Shown: in pieces, positions 37,779 to 50,262 of the stretch | Numbering within the stretch: the stretch's first letter is position 1 | Layout of the letters: every line of letters begins with the position of its first letter | Assembly (NCBI RefSeq): GCF_000281045.1 | Contig: NW_008246081.1 | Coordinates: 241,838-305,837, forward strand | Origin: Saprolegnia diclina VS20 | Taxonomy: Eukaryota | Length of the DNA: 64,000 bases | Reading direction: 5' to 3' | Position numbers and translations under genes: made by a program | Notes under the pieces: model-generated | Told to the model about the DNA's origin: nothing | Seen by the model: the letters and a program-made list of their open reading frames with translations, nothing else | Database searches by the model: none

Positions 37779-38062
37779 CTGTACAACAACACCAAACCTG
37801 TCTGCCAACTCTAAACCGACTATAGATAATATAAATATATATACAATATAAACATGCAGACCACAAACAATGACAATCACAACTCTTCGTTTCCCGCCCA
37901 CCCGCGACCTTGTACGCAGGTATGCACGTCCAAAGGGCGCCCAACGTTACTTGCCCTCGTTGGGGCGGGGACATTCCCTGTTTGCGATACAGTATGGTCC
38001 GCACACAGGGCAAAGGCTGCTGGCCAGTGTGGGTTTTGAACATTTATTTTTATTGCGCGATC

Positions 38063-40682
38063 ATGAGCGGGTCCATGGCGGCCGACGTGTGGCGCGTCGA
38101 GGTCAAGTTCCAAGGCGTCTCGGTGAGCCTCGTGGGGAAGCTCCCCGCGGAGAAGCGCCACTATCTGAAGGACTTTCCCAAGAAGCTCAGCGTGAGCACG
38201 AAGACCAAGTACAGCGCGGTGCCCGGCACGAGCTTCTTCTGCAAGTTCGCGTCCAAGGACGCGAGCGAGCTCTTGGCGTACCTCAAGCGCAAGCGCATGG
38301 CGCTCTGCGTGAGCTTCCCGTACGCCAAGTACATCTTCACGCTGCACCTCGTCGCGCCCGTGGATCTGCACCAGCTCAAGAGCCTCCAGCGCTTGAAGCG
38401 GACGGGCGCGAGCGTCGAGTCGCTCTGCCGCGACGACGACGGCGTGGTCATTGGCGTCATCAGCAAAGAGATCAACAAGGAGATCGAAGACAAGCTATTG
38501 CAGAAGAAACAGAGCCTCGCGGAGGCGGCGGTCAAGGCCAAGACGCTCTCGACGTCGTTGAACGACCCGCTGCTCGAGCTCGACATGCTCCTTGAGCGCC
38601 TTCCCGAAACCAAGTCGGCGATCGAGGTACGCAAGGACCGACTGTCCATGTGCTGACGATGCTAATGCTTAGATTTGCATGCGCTTCATCCTCAAGCAAG
38701 AGCATGGCTTTGACAGCATTTGGCGAAGGATCTTGGCGGCGACCGAAGCGCTCGAGCACACGAAAGGCAAGTTGAACGTCATCTTCCTTGCGCACGAAGT
38801 GTTTCGCAAGGTGCGTGGCGGCACGAACGACGAGCACGGCAACAGCCGCCTCGCCTCGTCCCCGCTCGTCCTCGCCTCCGAGAAGGTGCTCTACAAACTC
38901 CTCGATCTCATGGACGACGATTGGAAGGACCTGGTAGGCTGCATAAGCTCCATTCGACTGCAAAGGCTCATGACGCCCTAGACCGTCGTGCGCGAAATCC
39001 TCGTCTTGTGGCAAAAGTGGCACATCCCGTTTGAGCGCCCGACCATGGCGCTGGACCTGCCGTTCGACGCGCTCGCCAACTCGACGGCGTCGTCGTCGCC
39101 CATCAGCGACCTCCCGTCGTCCGCGTCGCCGCAGGTCGCCGAGCTCATGCGCAAGCACAACATCACGCCGGGCGCCTGGGAGATCTACCTCTCGCGCGCC
39201 AACGAAGACGAGCTCTATGAGATCGACCACGTCTTGACGCTCAACGAAGCGTACGCCAAGTTCCTGCCTGCGAACGCGCTCGAGAACGACTCGAGCAACC
39301 GGCGGTACTGGACCGACCAGTTTCTGCACCGGTACGTCAAGAAGAACTTCAAGCAACTCATCGACACGCACCACAATTCGGTCGAGCCCGAGCAGATGCG
39401 CACGTCCGGCGAGGTCATGCAAGAGGCGCTCGTGTGCACATGGGACTTTGACGCGGAAGCGACCAAGTCGATCTTCCACAGTGACGCGTGCCTCGTCGAC
39501 GAGCTCTGGCGCAAGCTCGAGGCGCGCATGCCGTGCGACAACCTCAACGCGTACGTCATGAGCTACCTCAAGCGCTGCAACCACACGCTCTACTCGCAAA
39601 ACCCCGACTTTAACAAACTCGTCGCGGTCGTCGAAGCCCCCGGCGATGTCGACTTGAGTGAACTCAAGCGGCTTCTCGGCGTCGTTTGGACGCTCAGCGA
39701 GCGCGCCAACACGGCACTGGACGACCTCGTCGACGACCGGCTCCTCACGGTCGCACGCACGGCCGTGGCCGCCGCCAAGGACGGCAAGGCGCTCAACGTG
39801 TCGCGACTCATTACGTTTCACTTTGCCAAGCAGATCAAGACGTCGAGCAAGGGCAAGTGGTGGTCGCCGCGCATGAAGTCGACGATCCACGAGGCGTACA
39901 AGCGCAGCGCCAAGACCGAGGCCAAGCAACTGTACGTTCATCGTTGTGTATCGCTCAGTTCTTATGGCCATCGATGCAGGCACTTGGTCAAAGAGACGCC
40001 GCCCGAGCTCACGGACGAAGAGCTCGCCGCGCTCAAGGCGTCCATTCCGAAGCCGCCGCCGCTCAAGTTTACAAAGGTCAAGCTCAAGGACATCCAGCGC
40101 ACAGAGTCCAACATCAACGGTACCATGGGCATGGCCATTTCGGGCATTCCCAACTCGGGGCGCGGCATGTTCAACCTCTCCAAGCACCCGTGGCCGGCCT
40201 TCTCAGTCGTATGCATCTTTGGGAGTCGGCGCATCTCGGAAGAGATGCACCACGACGGCCTCAACAAGGTCGCGCGCTGTGGCGAGGTCGGCGAGACCTT
40301 TGTCGTCGTCAACGGCGAGGTCAAGGAAGTCGACCGATTCGTCGAGCAGTATGGCCATCGGCTCGTCGAGTACGACGGCCTCGTCGACGCCGAGGGCTCC
40401 ATGGGCGGGTTCCCCAACGACCGCGTGTACGAGTACCCGGAAGACGTCTACTGGGACGCCTCTGGGTTCTACAACAACTCGATTCTGTGTCCTGGCTGCA
40501 TCGTGGACCCGACCAAACCCGACTCCAAGATCGTGCTCGACCAGCTGTACGTGGTGACGTGGAAGGAGGTGCCGCCGATGCACGAGTTCTTCCTGGCGTA
40601 CGGCACGTCGTACTACGAGGACGACGCGAGCACGCCACACGATGAGAGTAGCGGCGTCAAGAAGAAGGCCATCAAACGATAG
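38063..40682 (+). CDS. Multidomain nuclear protein: SPOC-like + CTD-interacting domain (CID) + C-terminal SET-like domain (4 exons)
   Basis: Introns about 38627-38672, 38934-38981 and 39933-39979. CID-like: LPETKSAIE..KLNVIFLAHEV..VREILVLW. SET-like: SGIPNSGRGMF..GGFPND..KEVPPMHEFFLAYGTSYY. C-terminal KKKAIKR. Confidence 0.7.
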
Positions 40683-40749
40683 ATCATAACCCAATAGACC
40701 CAGTGAAATGAAACAGTTGGTGGTAACTACGCTCAAAACGACCCTGTGG

Positions 40750-41526
40750 TCACGACGAGGTCACGGGCTGCCGACAGACGGGACACGTCGTGCTCTTTGC
40801 GAGCCACTGCTCGGCGCACGGCGCGTGGAACACATGAAGGCACGGCAGCTGGACGGCGTTGGCGTCGTCGCGGAAGCTCGTCAAGCACACGGAGCACTCG
40901 ATGTGCACCGAGACGGCGTCCGTGATGCGGAGACCGTGGAGAAGCGCTTCGATGGTCGCCGACGCTTTGGCTTCGCGTCGGCGCGCGACCTCGAGGAAGG
41001 CGTCGAGGGCGGTCCGGGCCGCGTCGAGGCTCGGGCACTCGGCGTCGCGGCCGTTCGTGGCCTGGATCGTTTCGTTCAAGTACTCTTCGACGCCAATCGT
41101 GCGCTGCGCGGCCTTGGCATCCAAGGTCATTTGCGTCGCCTCGAAGCGAAAGCAGATGCGCCGCGCTTGACGGGGCATGCGGGCCTTGGCGACGCGCCGC
41201 AGTGGGCCACAGCACGCAAAGCGCCGACACGTGCTGGCGCTGACACACCCCTTGATGCTACAGTGCAAGTCGGCGACCTGGTGGTACGTCTTGCGCAATG
41301 CCCAGCGGTCGGTCGTCGCGCGGTCCGAGACAAAGACGACGAACTCGTCGTCGAGCGTCTTGACGGGCGAGATGCTCTTGACGGGCTTGGGCGGCGACCC
41401 CGGCGTCACGCGCACCGCGACCACGTGCTCGTTGGGCGCGCTGTCGGCGACGGCGCTCGGTGCATCGGCGCAGCCGTCCAGCGATACAAACACCATCCTC
41501 GTCGAGCTATCTTGGGAACTGAACAT
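40750..41526 (-). CDS. RING-H2 E3 ligase with a PX-like N-terminal region
   Basis: CSVC...LPCLHVFHAPCAEQWL...CPVCR; RWALRKTYHQVADLH resembles a PX core. Confidence 0.85.
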   Translation of the reverse strand: MFSSQDSSTRMVFVSLDGCADAPSAVADSAPNEHVVAVRVTPGSPPKPVKSISPVKTLDDEFVVFVSDRATTDRWALRKTYHQVADLHCSIKGCVSASTCRRFACCGPLRRVAKARMPRQARRICFRFEATQMTLDAKAAQRTIGVEEYLNETIQATNGRDAECPSLDAARTALDAFLEVARRREAKASATIEALLHGLRITDAVSVHIECSVCLTSFRDDANAVQLPCLHVFHAPCAEQWLAKSTTCPVCRQPVTSS

Positions 41527-41877
41527 AGCAACGTGGAAACGCCAAACATGCTATCTGCTGATTGGTCGGCCGCTCACCGTCCTTGCCCACGGATCTGCCA
41601 CGTAATCACGTTGCCTCTCTTCCAAGGTCCAAGCCGCTGTGGACGACGATATCTCGTGGCAAAGCAAGCACTGCAGCAGGCTCCACGCCAGGGAATGCAC
41701 GGCTGCGGTGCAGGATCTCGGCGGCGCGCAAAGGCGTCTGTTCTTTTTTGACGGGCGTTATCGTCGTATGCACGCAGCCAAATTCCTTCTCGCAGGACTG
41801 CCTGCTTTATGCGAACAAGAACTCAAGATCGAGCAATAGAAACTATAAAGAAGCCGGGAGATATCGGGGTTCGAAGC

Positions 41878-43034
41878 CTAGGCCGCGACGTAGCTGTCGA
41901 GGAGCTCGCCAAAGTACATGGTCTTGTCGCTACTGCACGAGCCGACGATCGGCTCGCTCGGGTTCGGGTGGAACGCGACTTCGTTGACGCTGCCAGAGTG
42001 CCCCGGGAGGTGGTACCGCAGCTCGCCCGTCTCCGTGTCCCAAATGTACACGTGGCGATCGGCGCTGCCGCTGCCGACGTAGCGCATGTCGGGGCTCCAA
42101 TTCGCGCGAATCAAGTTGCGGTCGTTGCTGTGCTTGGCGCCGTAGTAGATCATCTTGCAGCGCGCGCCTTCGCAGAACGGACGCACGTCCCACTTGCGCA
42201 GCGTGCTGTCCATGGCGTTCGAGAGCACAAAGTTGCTGTCCGGACTCATCTGCAAGCTCGTAATGATCTCGCTGTGGCCTGTGAGAATGTCGACGGGCCC
42301 GGCGTCGGCCTTGCGCATGTCCCACTGCTTGACAAGCCCGTCGACGCCGCCCGAAAAGACTTGGCTCGAGTCGGCGCCAAAGCAGACCGCCGTGACCTGG
42401 AATCGCTCTTCGATCGTGGCGACTTCGCGCTTGAGCCGCGTATCCCAAATCTAGACGCAAATCAGTACCTGCCATTGCATGCGGTTAATGAGATGACCTT
42501 GATCGTACGGTCGTCGCTGCCACTGACAAGGAGCTGCGGACCCTTGGCGACGGGGCAGACACTGTTGACAATGGCCGTGTGGGTCTTGTAGTTCTTAAGG
42601 CGGCGGCCCGTCTCGGCGTCCCAGAGGCCAACGGTCTTGTCCGCCGAGGCCGACACGAGCATGCTGCCGTCGTACGACCATTGCACCTGGAGCACCGCGT
42701 TCTTGTGGCCGCTCAAGACGTTGTAGTTGGTGCATTCGCCGTAGACGTTCCAGAGAAAGATCGACTTGTCAAACGACGCCGAGGCCGCGCTCTTGCCGTT
42801 GGGGCTAAAGGCCATCGAGTACACGGCGGCGCTATGGCCCGAGAGAAGCATCGTGGGCGCGAGGAGGTCGGACGTCCGCTGGCTGCTGTCGGTCTTGGCG
42901 CTGATGGTCACGACCTTGGCGTCCACGGGCACGATGGCCGAGCTGCGCGGGAAGGTCTGGTTCTCATCCGGGCGCGCGCGCTTGGCCAAGGCCGTCGTCT
43001 CGGCGTCCGGCGCCGATCGCTTGTCACCGCCCAT
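41878..43034 (-). CDS. SNRNP40: U5 snRNP 40 kDa WD40 protein (2 exons)
   Basis: RTSDLLAPTMLLSGH, LWNVYGECTNY, LSNAMDSTLRKWDVRPF, YHLPGHSGSVNEVAFHP, YFGEL. Confidence 0.95.
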
Positions 43035-43459
43035 TTCCTCGCTGTAGCACCGCTGGGCACGAACGATGGAACGTGGTGTTGCGCGAATTAAATTGCACTT
43101 GCTTTTTGTATGAGATCCTGATTATTTTAATGCATGGGATATTATTGTTTGAGATATAGACAAGGTTATGCTGCGTTAACTTCCGTTAATTCCTTGTAAA
43201 CGCGGTAAAGACCTCTGTATTGCATTAATCTCCCGTCGAGAAAGTCAGGTTGGCGGGTTCGCAGAGGCTTCAACCGACGTGCAGTGCCCTGGAGCATGCG
43301 CGGGAGGCAGGCTCGTGGCCTCTACGTCCCGAAGCAGCTACAGAGACATGGGTGTATAGTGTTTAACGTCTCTAACTTGATCGTTTAACGTCAAGAACGG
43401 ACGTATAACCGTATGCAAAGGCTATTTTTGCGTTGAAGTCTTTCCAGCGCCTGTCGTCC

Positions 43460-44625
43460 ATGGCTGCTGCTGGGACTGACCTCTACTACGTACCCGAGAG
43501 CTTGAAGCGCGAATTCTCGACGCACGAACTCGCAGAGTTCTTGGACCAGGTACGGGTAATACGTTCGCTAAGCATCTCCATTCGGGTAGTTTAAGGCGTT
43601 TGACACGAGTGGGGACGGCGGCATCGGTCGGGTCCCTTGCATTGTCACGCAGCTGAGCACTGAAGATGCAAGCTAGATGTCAACGAGCTCTCGACGATGA
43701 TGGCGTCGATGAACGTGCACATGGAGCGCACCGAGGTGCCGCGTGGCCGACGTACGCCTGGCGCCTCATTCATATACGATGTACTAGCTGCAGCAGCTCA
43801 TTGCAGCCGTCGACGACAACAACTCGGGGCAGATCGAATTCACAGAGTTTGTGCGGGTACTCTTCTTGTTTCTAGAGTACACTCGAAGTGGGCGTAGATG
43901 ATGAGCAACCTCCGCCGCGGCAAAGCCAACAAGCTCGGGCGGTTCATGCAGCTGGCGAAACAAGCGTTCGAGATTCGACGCGAGTACACGGCGACCGTGG
44001 CGGCACCGATTCCAGGCTGCGTCATTGTACCGTTCCCAAGTACGTACTTGGTAAAGTTGAAAGATTGAAACAGTGGAGAAAGAGGACATGCGGCAATGGC
44101 ACGTGCACATTGCGGGGCCAGAGACGTCGCCGTACGCCGGTGGTCGCTTCACATTTCACTTTGAGTTTGCCGTTTGCGTATTCATGTTGCGATGTACCAA
44201 GAGCGCGCTGCTAGGTTTGGGCACGAGTACCCATACGAGGCGCCGTCCGTGCGCCTCCTCACGCGCGTGTATCACGTAAACTTTATTGTGCTTGTCGACG
44301 GCTCCGCGTCGGCCGAGTGCCTCACACAGCTGTGGAACCCAGGTTGGCGCTTTTGCGATACATGAGCTCTGAGTAGACGAACGTAGATTGGCGCAGTCGC
44401 GACCTCATCGAGCGCATTCAAGCGCTCCTTCTCGCACCCGACCCCTCGCTCATGGAACCAATGTACAACAGCGCCGAAGCGCGGCTGGAGCTCCAAGGAT
44501 TACGCTACGCAGGCACGACCGTTCGCAGCTTTGGTCTCGACTGTCTTCACCTCTTCCACACCGACTACAAGACGTATTGCAAGCACGCGAGGGAGACGAC
44601 AGCCAAACACGCGATGCGTGCATAA
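43460..44625 (+). CDS. EF-hand pair fused to a ubiquitin-conjugating (E2)-fold domain (about 8 short exons)
   Basis: Spliced EF loops DTSGDGGIDVNE and DDNNSGQIEFTE; E2 motifs WHVHIAGPETSPYAGGRF, YPYEAPSVRLLTRVYHVN, IQALLLAPDP, YCKHARETTAKHA. Confidence 0.85.
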
Positions 44626-45700
44626 CCCACGTCTTTAGAGTTTACACTCTTTTGAAAGATAGCGCAATATCGACCTAGATTCCCCCAACGTGGTTGACAT
44701 GCAGTGGTTGGTGTGAGTAGAGGCCGTCAACGGCAAGAATACGGGCAGGAGAGCGCCAGAACGCAGAGTCACCGATAGCTTTTACATTCACGTAGCNNNN
44801 NNNNNNNNNNNNNNNNNNNNNNNNNNNNNNNNNNNNNNNNNNNNNNNNNNNNNNNNNNNNNNNNNNNNNNNNNNNNNNNNNNNNNNNNNNNNNNNNNNNN
44901 NNNNNNNNNNNNNNNNNNNNNNNNNNNNNNNNNNNNNNNNNNNNNNNNNNNNNNNNNNNNNNNNNNNNNNNNNNNNNNNNNNNNNNNNNNNNNNNNNNNN
45001 NNNNNNNNNNNNNNNNNNNNNNNNNNNNNNNNNNNNNNNNNNNNNNNNNNNNNNNNNNNNNNNNNNNNNNNNNNNNNNNNNNNNNNNNNNNNNNNNNNNN
45101 NNNNNNNNNNNNNNNNNNNNNNNNNNNNNNNNNNNNNNNNNNNNNNNNNNNNNNNNNNNNNNNNNNNNNNNNNNNNNNNNNNNNNNNATTTGATGGAGCG
45201 CGTAGATGGCGCTGCCTGACGATCGCATTACGTTGTACCTGGTGATCCATAAACATGTGGTGTGCATTGTGCGGCTGGCGTTTGCTTGTGCAGCTCTAGT
45301 GTCGAGCATGGGATAACGACGTCAATACTTCACCGACAATGCCCCTCCGAGACTCGAAGCCGACGTCGACGCCACAGCCATTTTATTTACCGGTACGGCG
45401 CGATGGGCCGCTCTGAAGTCATTCAACAAGTAGCCTGCGACTGATCTCGCCGGTGAATTCGCACAACCAAGTCGTGTTAAGTAAGAGTAAAGAGCGATCT
45501 TGAATACACTGCGTTTGATTCGCCACGGACCACATTATATCGCATTTGGATTGGGTGCGTGAAGCAGCGTGGGATGTCAGTGGATTCGAGCGCGAATTGC
45601 GGTGTCTTTCCCAAGCTCACACTTCATTTTCAAAGTGAGCGAGAAGAGCAGCAGCCCGAGACGAGAAACGGGGGACGGGGCGGCGGCAATGGTCGCCGCC

Positions 45701-46814
45701 ATGACCATCAAGGTACGCACCTCTTCTTCTTTCTTCCGTTTCCTAGGATGGACATATTGTCTATAGAAGGCACGCAAGGACTCCACCCATTGGTGAACAA
45801 GCGACTGGCACCGCTGTCGACAACGTCGACCCGCGCCATCACGCGCGACGCCATCGTATGCGCCTTTTCTATGCATTGTGAGCGTGACACGTCATGCTAG
45901 GTGTCGACGCCGTCAATGGCCGACGCAAAGCACACGCGGACGAGCGCTTGAGTACGACCCCTTGCGTGCATACATGTGCTTGATCTACGTCGGTAGGACC
46001 CGACCATTACGAAGAGCGAGTTCGTCAAGGTCCAGGCGATGACGACCGCCGACTTCAAGGCGAGCAACGCGGCCGACGATCGCGACTCGCCTCAAGCTGG
46101 GCCGCACGCGAAGCAAGAAGGAAAGCGTCCAGAAGATTATACAGTATTTCCACTTCGTACGTCTCTCCCTAAGGTGTATTTGCATCATGTGGTCCGTAGA
46201 TCCGTACCGGCACGAAGAGCGCTCCGCCATTCCTGCCCGAGATCGACGCCGGCAGCGTCGTGGAGGCGGTGCAAGCGCAACGTTTGATGAGCATGTTACC
46301 ATCGTCCTTCCTAGGACGCCATTTCGTCGCAAAAGCCGCGTCGTCGGAGGAGAGCCAAAGAGCTCGGTGACAAGGGAAGCCTCTTTTGAGCGCTCGTCAG
46401 CGCATTTTGCTAGCTCGTGCTTCTAGCATCTTTTACGGGGATTCCCATCCCCCGATTTCTACTAACAACATACACAAATAAAGAGATTGAGTCTCGATTT
46501 TCCCTTGATTTCCTACCTCGCATGAGCCAGCGTAGGCACCGACACGAGCATGCACCACGGTCAACAACCAGCAAGTCACTCAAAAGCTCTGGCAATTCCA
46601 ATTTGACAAGAAAAGCTACTAGTACAGTATAGTGTCGAGGGAGCTGCTGCTGTCGTTGCAGCAGTTCGCCGCTTTGCCCTTGGAGAACTCGGTGCACATC
46701 TCGCTTCGCTTCGAGACGCTCTCGTGGCGGTACTACATGCTCAAAGATGGCGAGATCACTAGTACGCGGAACGTAGAAAGTGTTGCAGATATGGCATATA
46801 TTTCGTTAGCTTAG
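45701..46814 (+). CDS. Hypothetical multi-exon orphan gene, Arg-rich; 3' structure uncertain
   Basis: ATG at 45701, introns 45713-45746, about 45856-45900 and about 45953-45997 keep an open frame (MTIKDGHIVYRRHARTPP...); no domain recognised. Confidence 0.45.
45759..45903 (+). repeat. 145-bp segment repeated in inverted orientation at 61212-61356
   Basis: Direct comparison shows 5 mismatches in 145 bp. Confidence 0.92.
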
Positions 46815-48430
46815 CGGCGGTAGCGGTGGCGCTTAAAGTTGAAGTAGAGATGCAGGATGCCACGCTCGTAGACGCACTTGAAGCCGCGCTTGTGCGAGTA
46901 CTCCCACTCGCGGTTGACGATTTTAAAGGCCAAGTCGACGTACGGCGGGCCGGCTTGGAAGCGGATGATGCAAAAGTCGCGCGATTCCGCGGCCTCGAGC
47001 ACGTACTTGGGCGTGACGCTCTTGTCGATGAGGTCGGGGTAGAAGAGGTTGAACTTGTAGCCTTGGACCGTCTTGGGCGGCGGGTTGTCTTCGTCGTAGT
47101 GCGTCTGGTTGTACTTGTTCCAGTCGTACCCGGTCTTGACGCGGTTGAAGAAGCGCGGCTTCCGCGGCTCGTACTTGGCCGACCACGACGGCAGCTTGCA
47201 CGCAACCTCGTCCATAAACTCTTCCTCCTGGTCCTCCATGCCCTTGTCCTGCTCCAGTGCCATCATCGAGAGCGCTTCGCGGCTGTTGTCCAATGTGCCC
47301 GTCGTCAGCGCGGGCGCCGACGGCGATGCCGATGGAGCCGCCGCCTGCGACACCTGGTACGCGGCGTGGGCTTCCTGCGACGCCACGCGGTCGCTGAGCG
47401 TCGTAAGCAACGCCGCGTGGATGTCGTGTAGTCGGCTCTTGGCCTTGTGCACCTTGATCTCTTGCAGCACGCTCTCGTAGTACTCGACGTCGATGCCGGA
47501 CCCGCCGCCGTTGATCGTCGCGTCAATTTCGGCGCCGAGCTCGTCGAGTTCGGCCCGCGACTTGCCCGTGAGCATCTCGTCAATGGCCTTCTGGACCTCC
47601 GTGTGGATCGCATGGCGCGAGCTCGCCTTCTTCTGGCGCTTGGTGATCTCGTCCAAGCACACGATCGCGAGGAGTTTCCAAAACTCGACGTTCTCGCCCG
47701 TCTCGCCTTCGAGCTCCATGTACACCTGGATGTCCTTGTGCAACTCGGTGAGCTCGTGACCCGCGAGGCCGACAAGCAGCTGCTCTGGCGCACGCAGCTC
47801 GACCTGCGCGTGCTTGAGCTCCGCGAGCGTGTCTTCAACGGCCTTGGTCGGGTCGATCACATGCGACGTGGACGCGAGGAGAAGGTTCTTGGCGAGCAAA
47901 TCGATCGGCTTCTCACGGCCTTCGCGGATGCGGATGTGCGACCGGACGCGCGCTTGGCTCAAATGGAACGACTCTTCCTTCTGCTGCCAGTCGTCGTACT
48001 CGGATGCATCGCGCAGCCGCGACTCTTCTTCGCGCAGGCGGTCCATTTCCTCACGCTCGGCCTCGCGCTCGTCGCGGCGCTGGCGGACCTTCATGATCTC
48101 GTTGATGAGCTCTTCGCGCATGTCGTCATTGCGGCCGCTGCGCTTGCTGCTGCGCCGGTCACGCGATCTCGATCTCGACCGGTCGCGGGACTGAGATCGT
48201 CGCTTGCGCTCGGGCGACTGGCGCTTGGCCGGCGCGGCCTCGGCCTTCTTGTGCCAGACAAACTTGGCCGTGAGGTTGGCGTCGCCGAACGGGTTGTCGT
48301 CGTTCGAGTAGCCCATGGCCTTGACGATCTTGGAGGCCTTCTTGTCCTTCCTCCGCGCCCGGCGGGCCTCGTCGTCCTCGTCGCTCGAGTCGGCCCGCTT
48401 GTGCTTACGCTTCTTCTCGCTCTTGCCCAT
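46811..48430 (-). CDS. CACTIN: Cactin (spliceosome-associated)
   Basis: GYSNDDNPFGDANL..FVWHKK, IRIREGREKPIDLL, PRKPRFFNRVKTGYDWNKYNQTHYD, GYKFNLFYPDLID, FNFKRHRYRR. Confidence 0.97.
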   Translation of the reverse strand: MGKSEKKRKHKRADSSDEDDEARRARRKDKKASKIVKAMGYSNDDNPFGDANLTAKFVWHKKAEAAPAKRQSPERKRRSQSRDRSRSRSRDRRSSKRSGRNDDMREELINEIMKVRQRRDEREAEREEMDRLREEESRLRDASEYDDWQQKEESFHLSQARVRSHIRIREGREKPIDLLAKNLLLASTSHVIDPTKAVEDTLAELKHAQVELRAPEQLLVGLAGHELTELHKDIQVYMELEGETGENVEFWKLLAIVCLDEITKRQKKASSRHAIHTEVQKAIDEMLTGKSRAELDELGAEIDATINGGGSGIDVEYYESVLQEIKVHKAKSRLHDIHAALLTTLSDRVASQEAHAAYQVSQAAAPSASPSAPALTTGTLDNSREALSMMALEQDKGMEDQEEEFMDEVACKLPSWSAKYEPRKPRFFNRVKTGYDWNKYNQTHYDEDNPPPKTVQGYKFNLFYPDLIDKSVTPKYVLEAAESRDFCIIRFQAGPPYVDLAFKIVNREWEYSHKRGFKCVYERGILHLYFNFKRHRYRR

Positions 48431-48724
48431 GCTAATGTTCGGGCGCAAAGTTCGAAATTTATTCGCCAAAATTGTGGCCGCCGTCCGCACAAAATCCGGA
48501 CAGCGTCATTTTTTAAACCATTCAATTTTGTATCGTACAACACAAAAAAGTTGGCATTTTTTAACCCCAAAAGACTCTAAATTTGTGGGCAACTCACATG
48601 AAAAGCGCAATGGCGTCCTGGATACGGTGTCAATTAAATTCGCGATCAATATCCGGATACGAAACGACATTTTTTCACAATTCGCGTTGGATTGTTGGGA
48701 AGAAGAGAGCCAAGGACGACGACG

Positions 48725-49721
48725 ATGGCAGACGAGCCGACCGTAGCGCTCACCGCCCGCGCCGAGTCGCCGTCGAGTAAGGACCGCGTCGTGCGCCGAT
48801 CCGGCTTCCAGGCGCCGTACTCGCGCGACCAATATGTATCCTGCGCAGGCCATCTCATCTCGGCCACGGCGCTATACGCCTGCCTTGTACTCATGGTCGC
48901 GGTGCCCAGCGACGCGACGCCAACAATCGACTACGCTGCCTACGAAGTACGACTTCGAGGCTGGCGATTTATGGCTCATGGCGCGCTGCGTAGACGTACC
49001 TCGTGATCGCGCTCGGCGTGCACCTTGCTGTCACGGCGCTTCTGCTCTACGCGTGGTACTCGTGCGAATCCTGCGACCCCGGCGACACGGAGACAGACAA
49101 GGCGACACCATGGCTCGGCATCGTCCTGAGCGGCCCGCGCTGGGAGAAGACCAAGTACTGCGCTGTGTGCCGGAAGACGATCCCTGGCATGGACCACCAT
49201 TGCACATGGTACGTGAAGCACCTGCTCATCTTGGTCGCCCATGTGTCGCAGGTTGAACACGTGCGTCGGGAAGAAGAACTATCCGCAATTCTTTACGATC
49301 GCCATCTGCGGTACCGACAACGCGACATGTGCGATGGAGCTAACGACGAGGATGGCGTAGGTGTCGTTCAATTTCTCCTGCAGTGCCTGGTGACCATTGC
49401 GCTGCTCGCCGACTGGATCCACTGGCAGGCCTACTATGGCCTCTCGGCGACGCTGAGCCTTGCCCTCCAGGTAGCACAAGACTCTTGTCGATGGCGAGAC
49501 TCAAACCGGTGCAGATTGGTCTTGGCGCGTGCGCGGTCGTATCCGTGCCCTGCCTCATCATGTACTTTACACTGCTCGTGTTCCACTTGTACCTGGCGTG
49601 GCTCGGGTACGGGACGTACGACTACTACCTCAAGCAGCGCGACGCGCAGCGAGCAAAGCGCCGTCTCCAACACAGCGCGACGGTTGAGCTCACGCACAAG
49701 ACGACGGTCGCGCCCGTGTAG
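48725..49721 (+). CDS. DHHC palmitoyltransferase (multi-exon)
   Basis: RRSGFQAPY, CDPG, KYCAVCRKTIPGMDHHCTW|LNTCVGKKNY, FHLYL...GTYDY; multiple TM segments. Confidence 0.92.
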
Positions 49722-49754
49722 GGTCTTCTCTATTTGCTCGTTGACAGTGTATTT

Positions 49755-50262
49755 TTACTCCAACGTCGCGACTGTTTCTTCGATGCGGTTCTTCAGCGAC
49801 GGGAGGAGCTTGATCTGGTTCTTAACGCAGCCCGAGACGCACGCGTCCATGGAGGCCTGCGCAGCCGCGATCTGCGACTCGGTCGGGTTGCGCGGCAGGT
49901 CGTCCTGCGCCTTGTCCTGGCACTCGCGCGCCGCGCGCTGGAGGCGGTTCTAGATATCCAATGTTGGTCAACTGCCTTGCAGCCACGCAGGTAGCTTACC
50001 TGGAACTGCTGCATTTCCTGGCTCACGTAGTTCTGGACCTGCTGCATCGGCGCCTGGCACCGATCGATGCAGTGCTGGAGCTGCTCGGCGCTGCAGTTCT
50101 TGTTGTCGAAGCAGTTGACGACGCAGACGTAGCTCTTGCGCTACCCAGCGCCATGAGCCTAGGGTAGCTACAGGCTACGCGTACCTGGAGCGGGCGGAAC
50201 GTCGCGCGCTCGAGCTTGTCCATCATGTCGCCGACGGCGCGGTTGATGTCGTTCTCGGCCAT
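49755..50262 (-). CDS. FAM136A: FAM136A/DUF842 family protein (3 exons)
   Basis: RPLQ|RKSYVCVVNCFD, HCIDRCQAP, EMQQFQ|NRLQRAARECQDKA, CVSGCV; CX3C pairs. Confidence 0.88.

Noticed and set aside
43090..43450. AT-rich stretch as a possible ncRNA
   Set aside because: No recognisable boxes or structure; consistent with a divergent promoter
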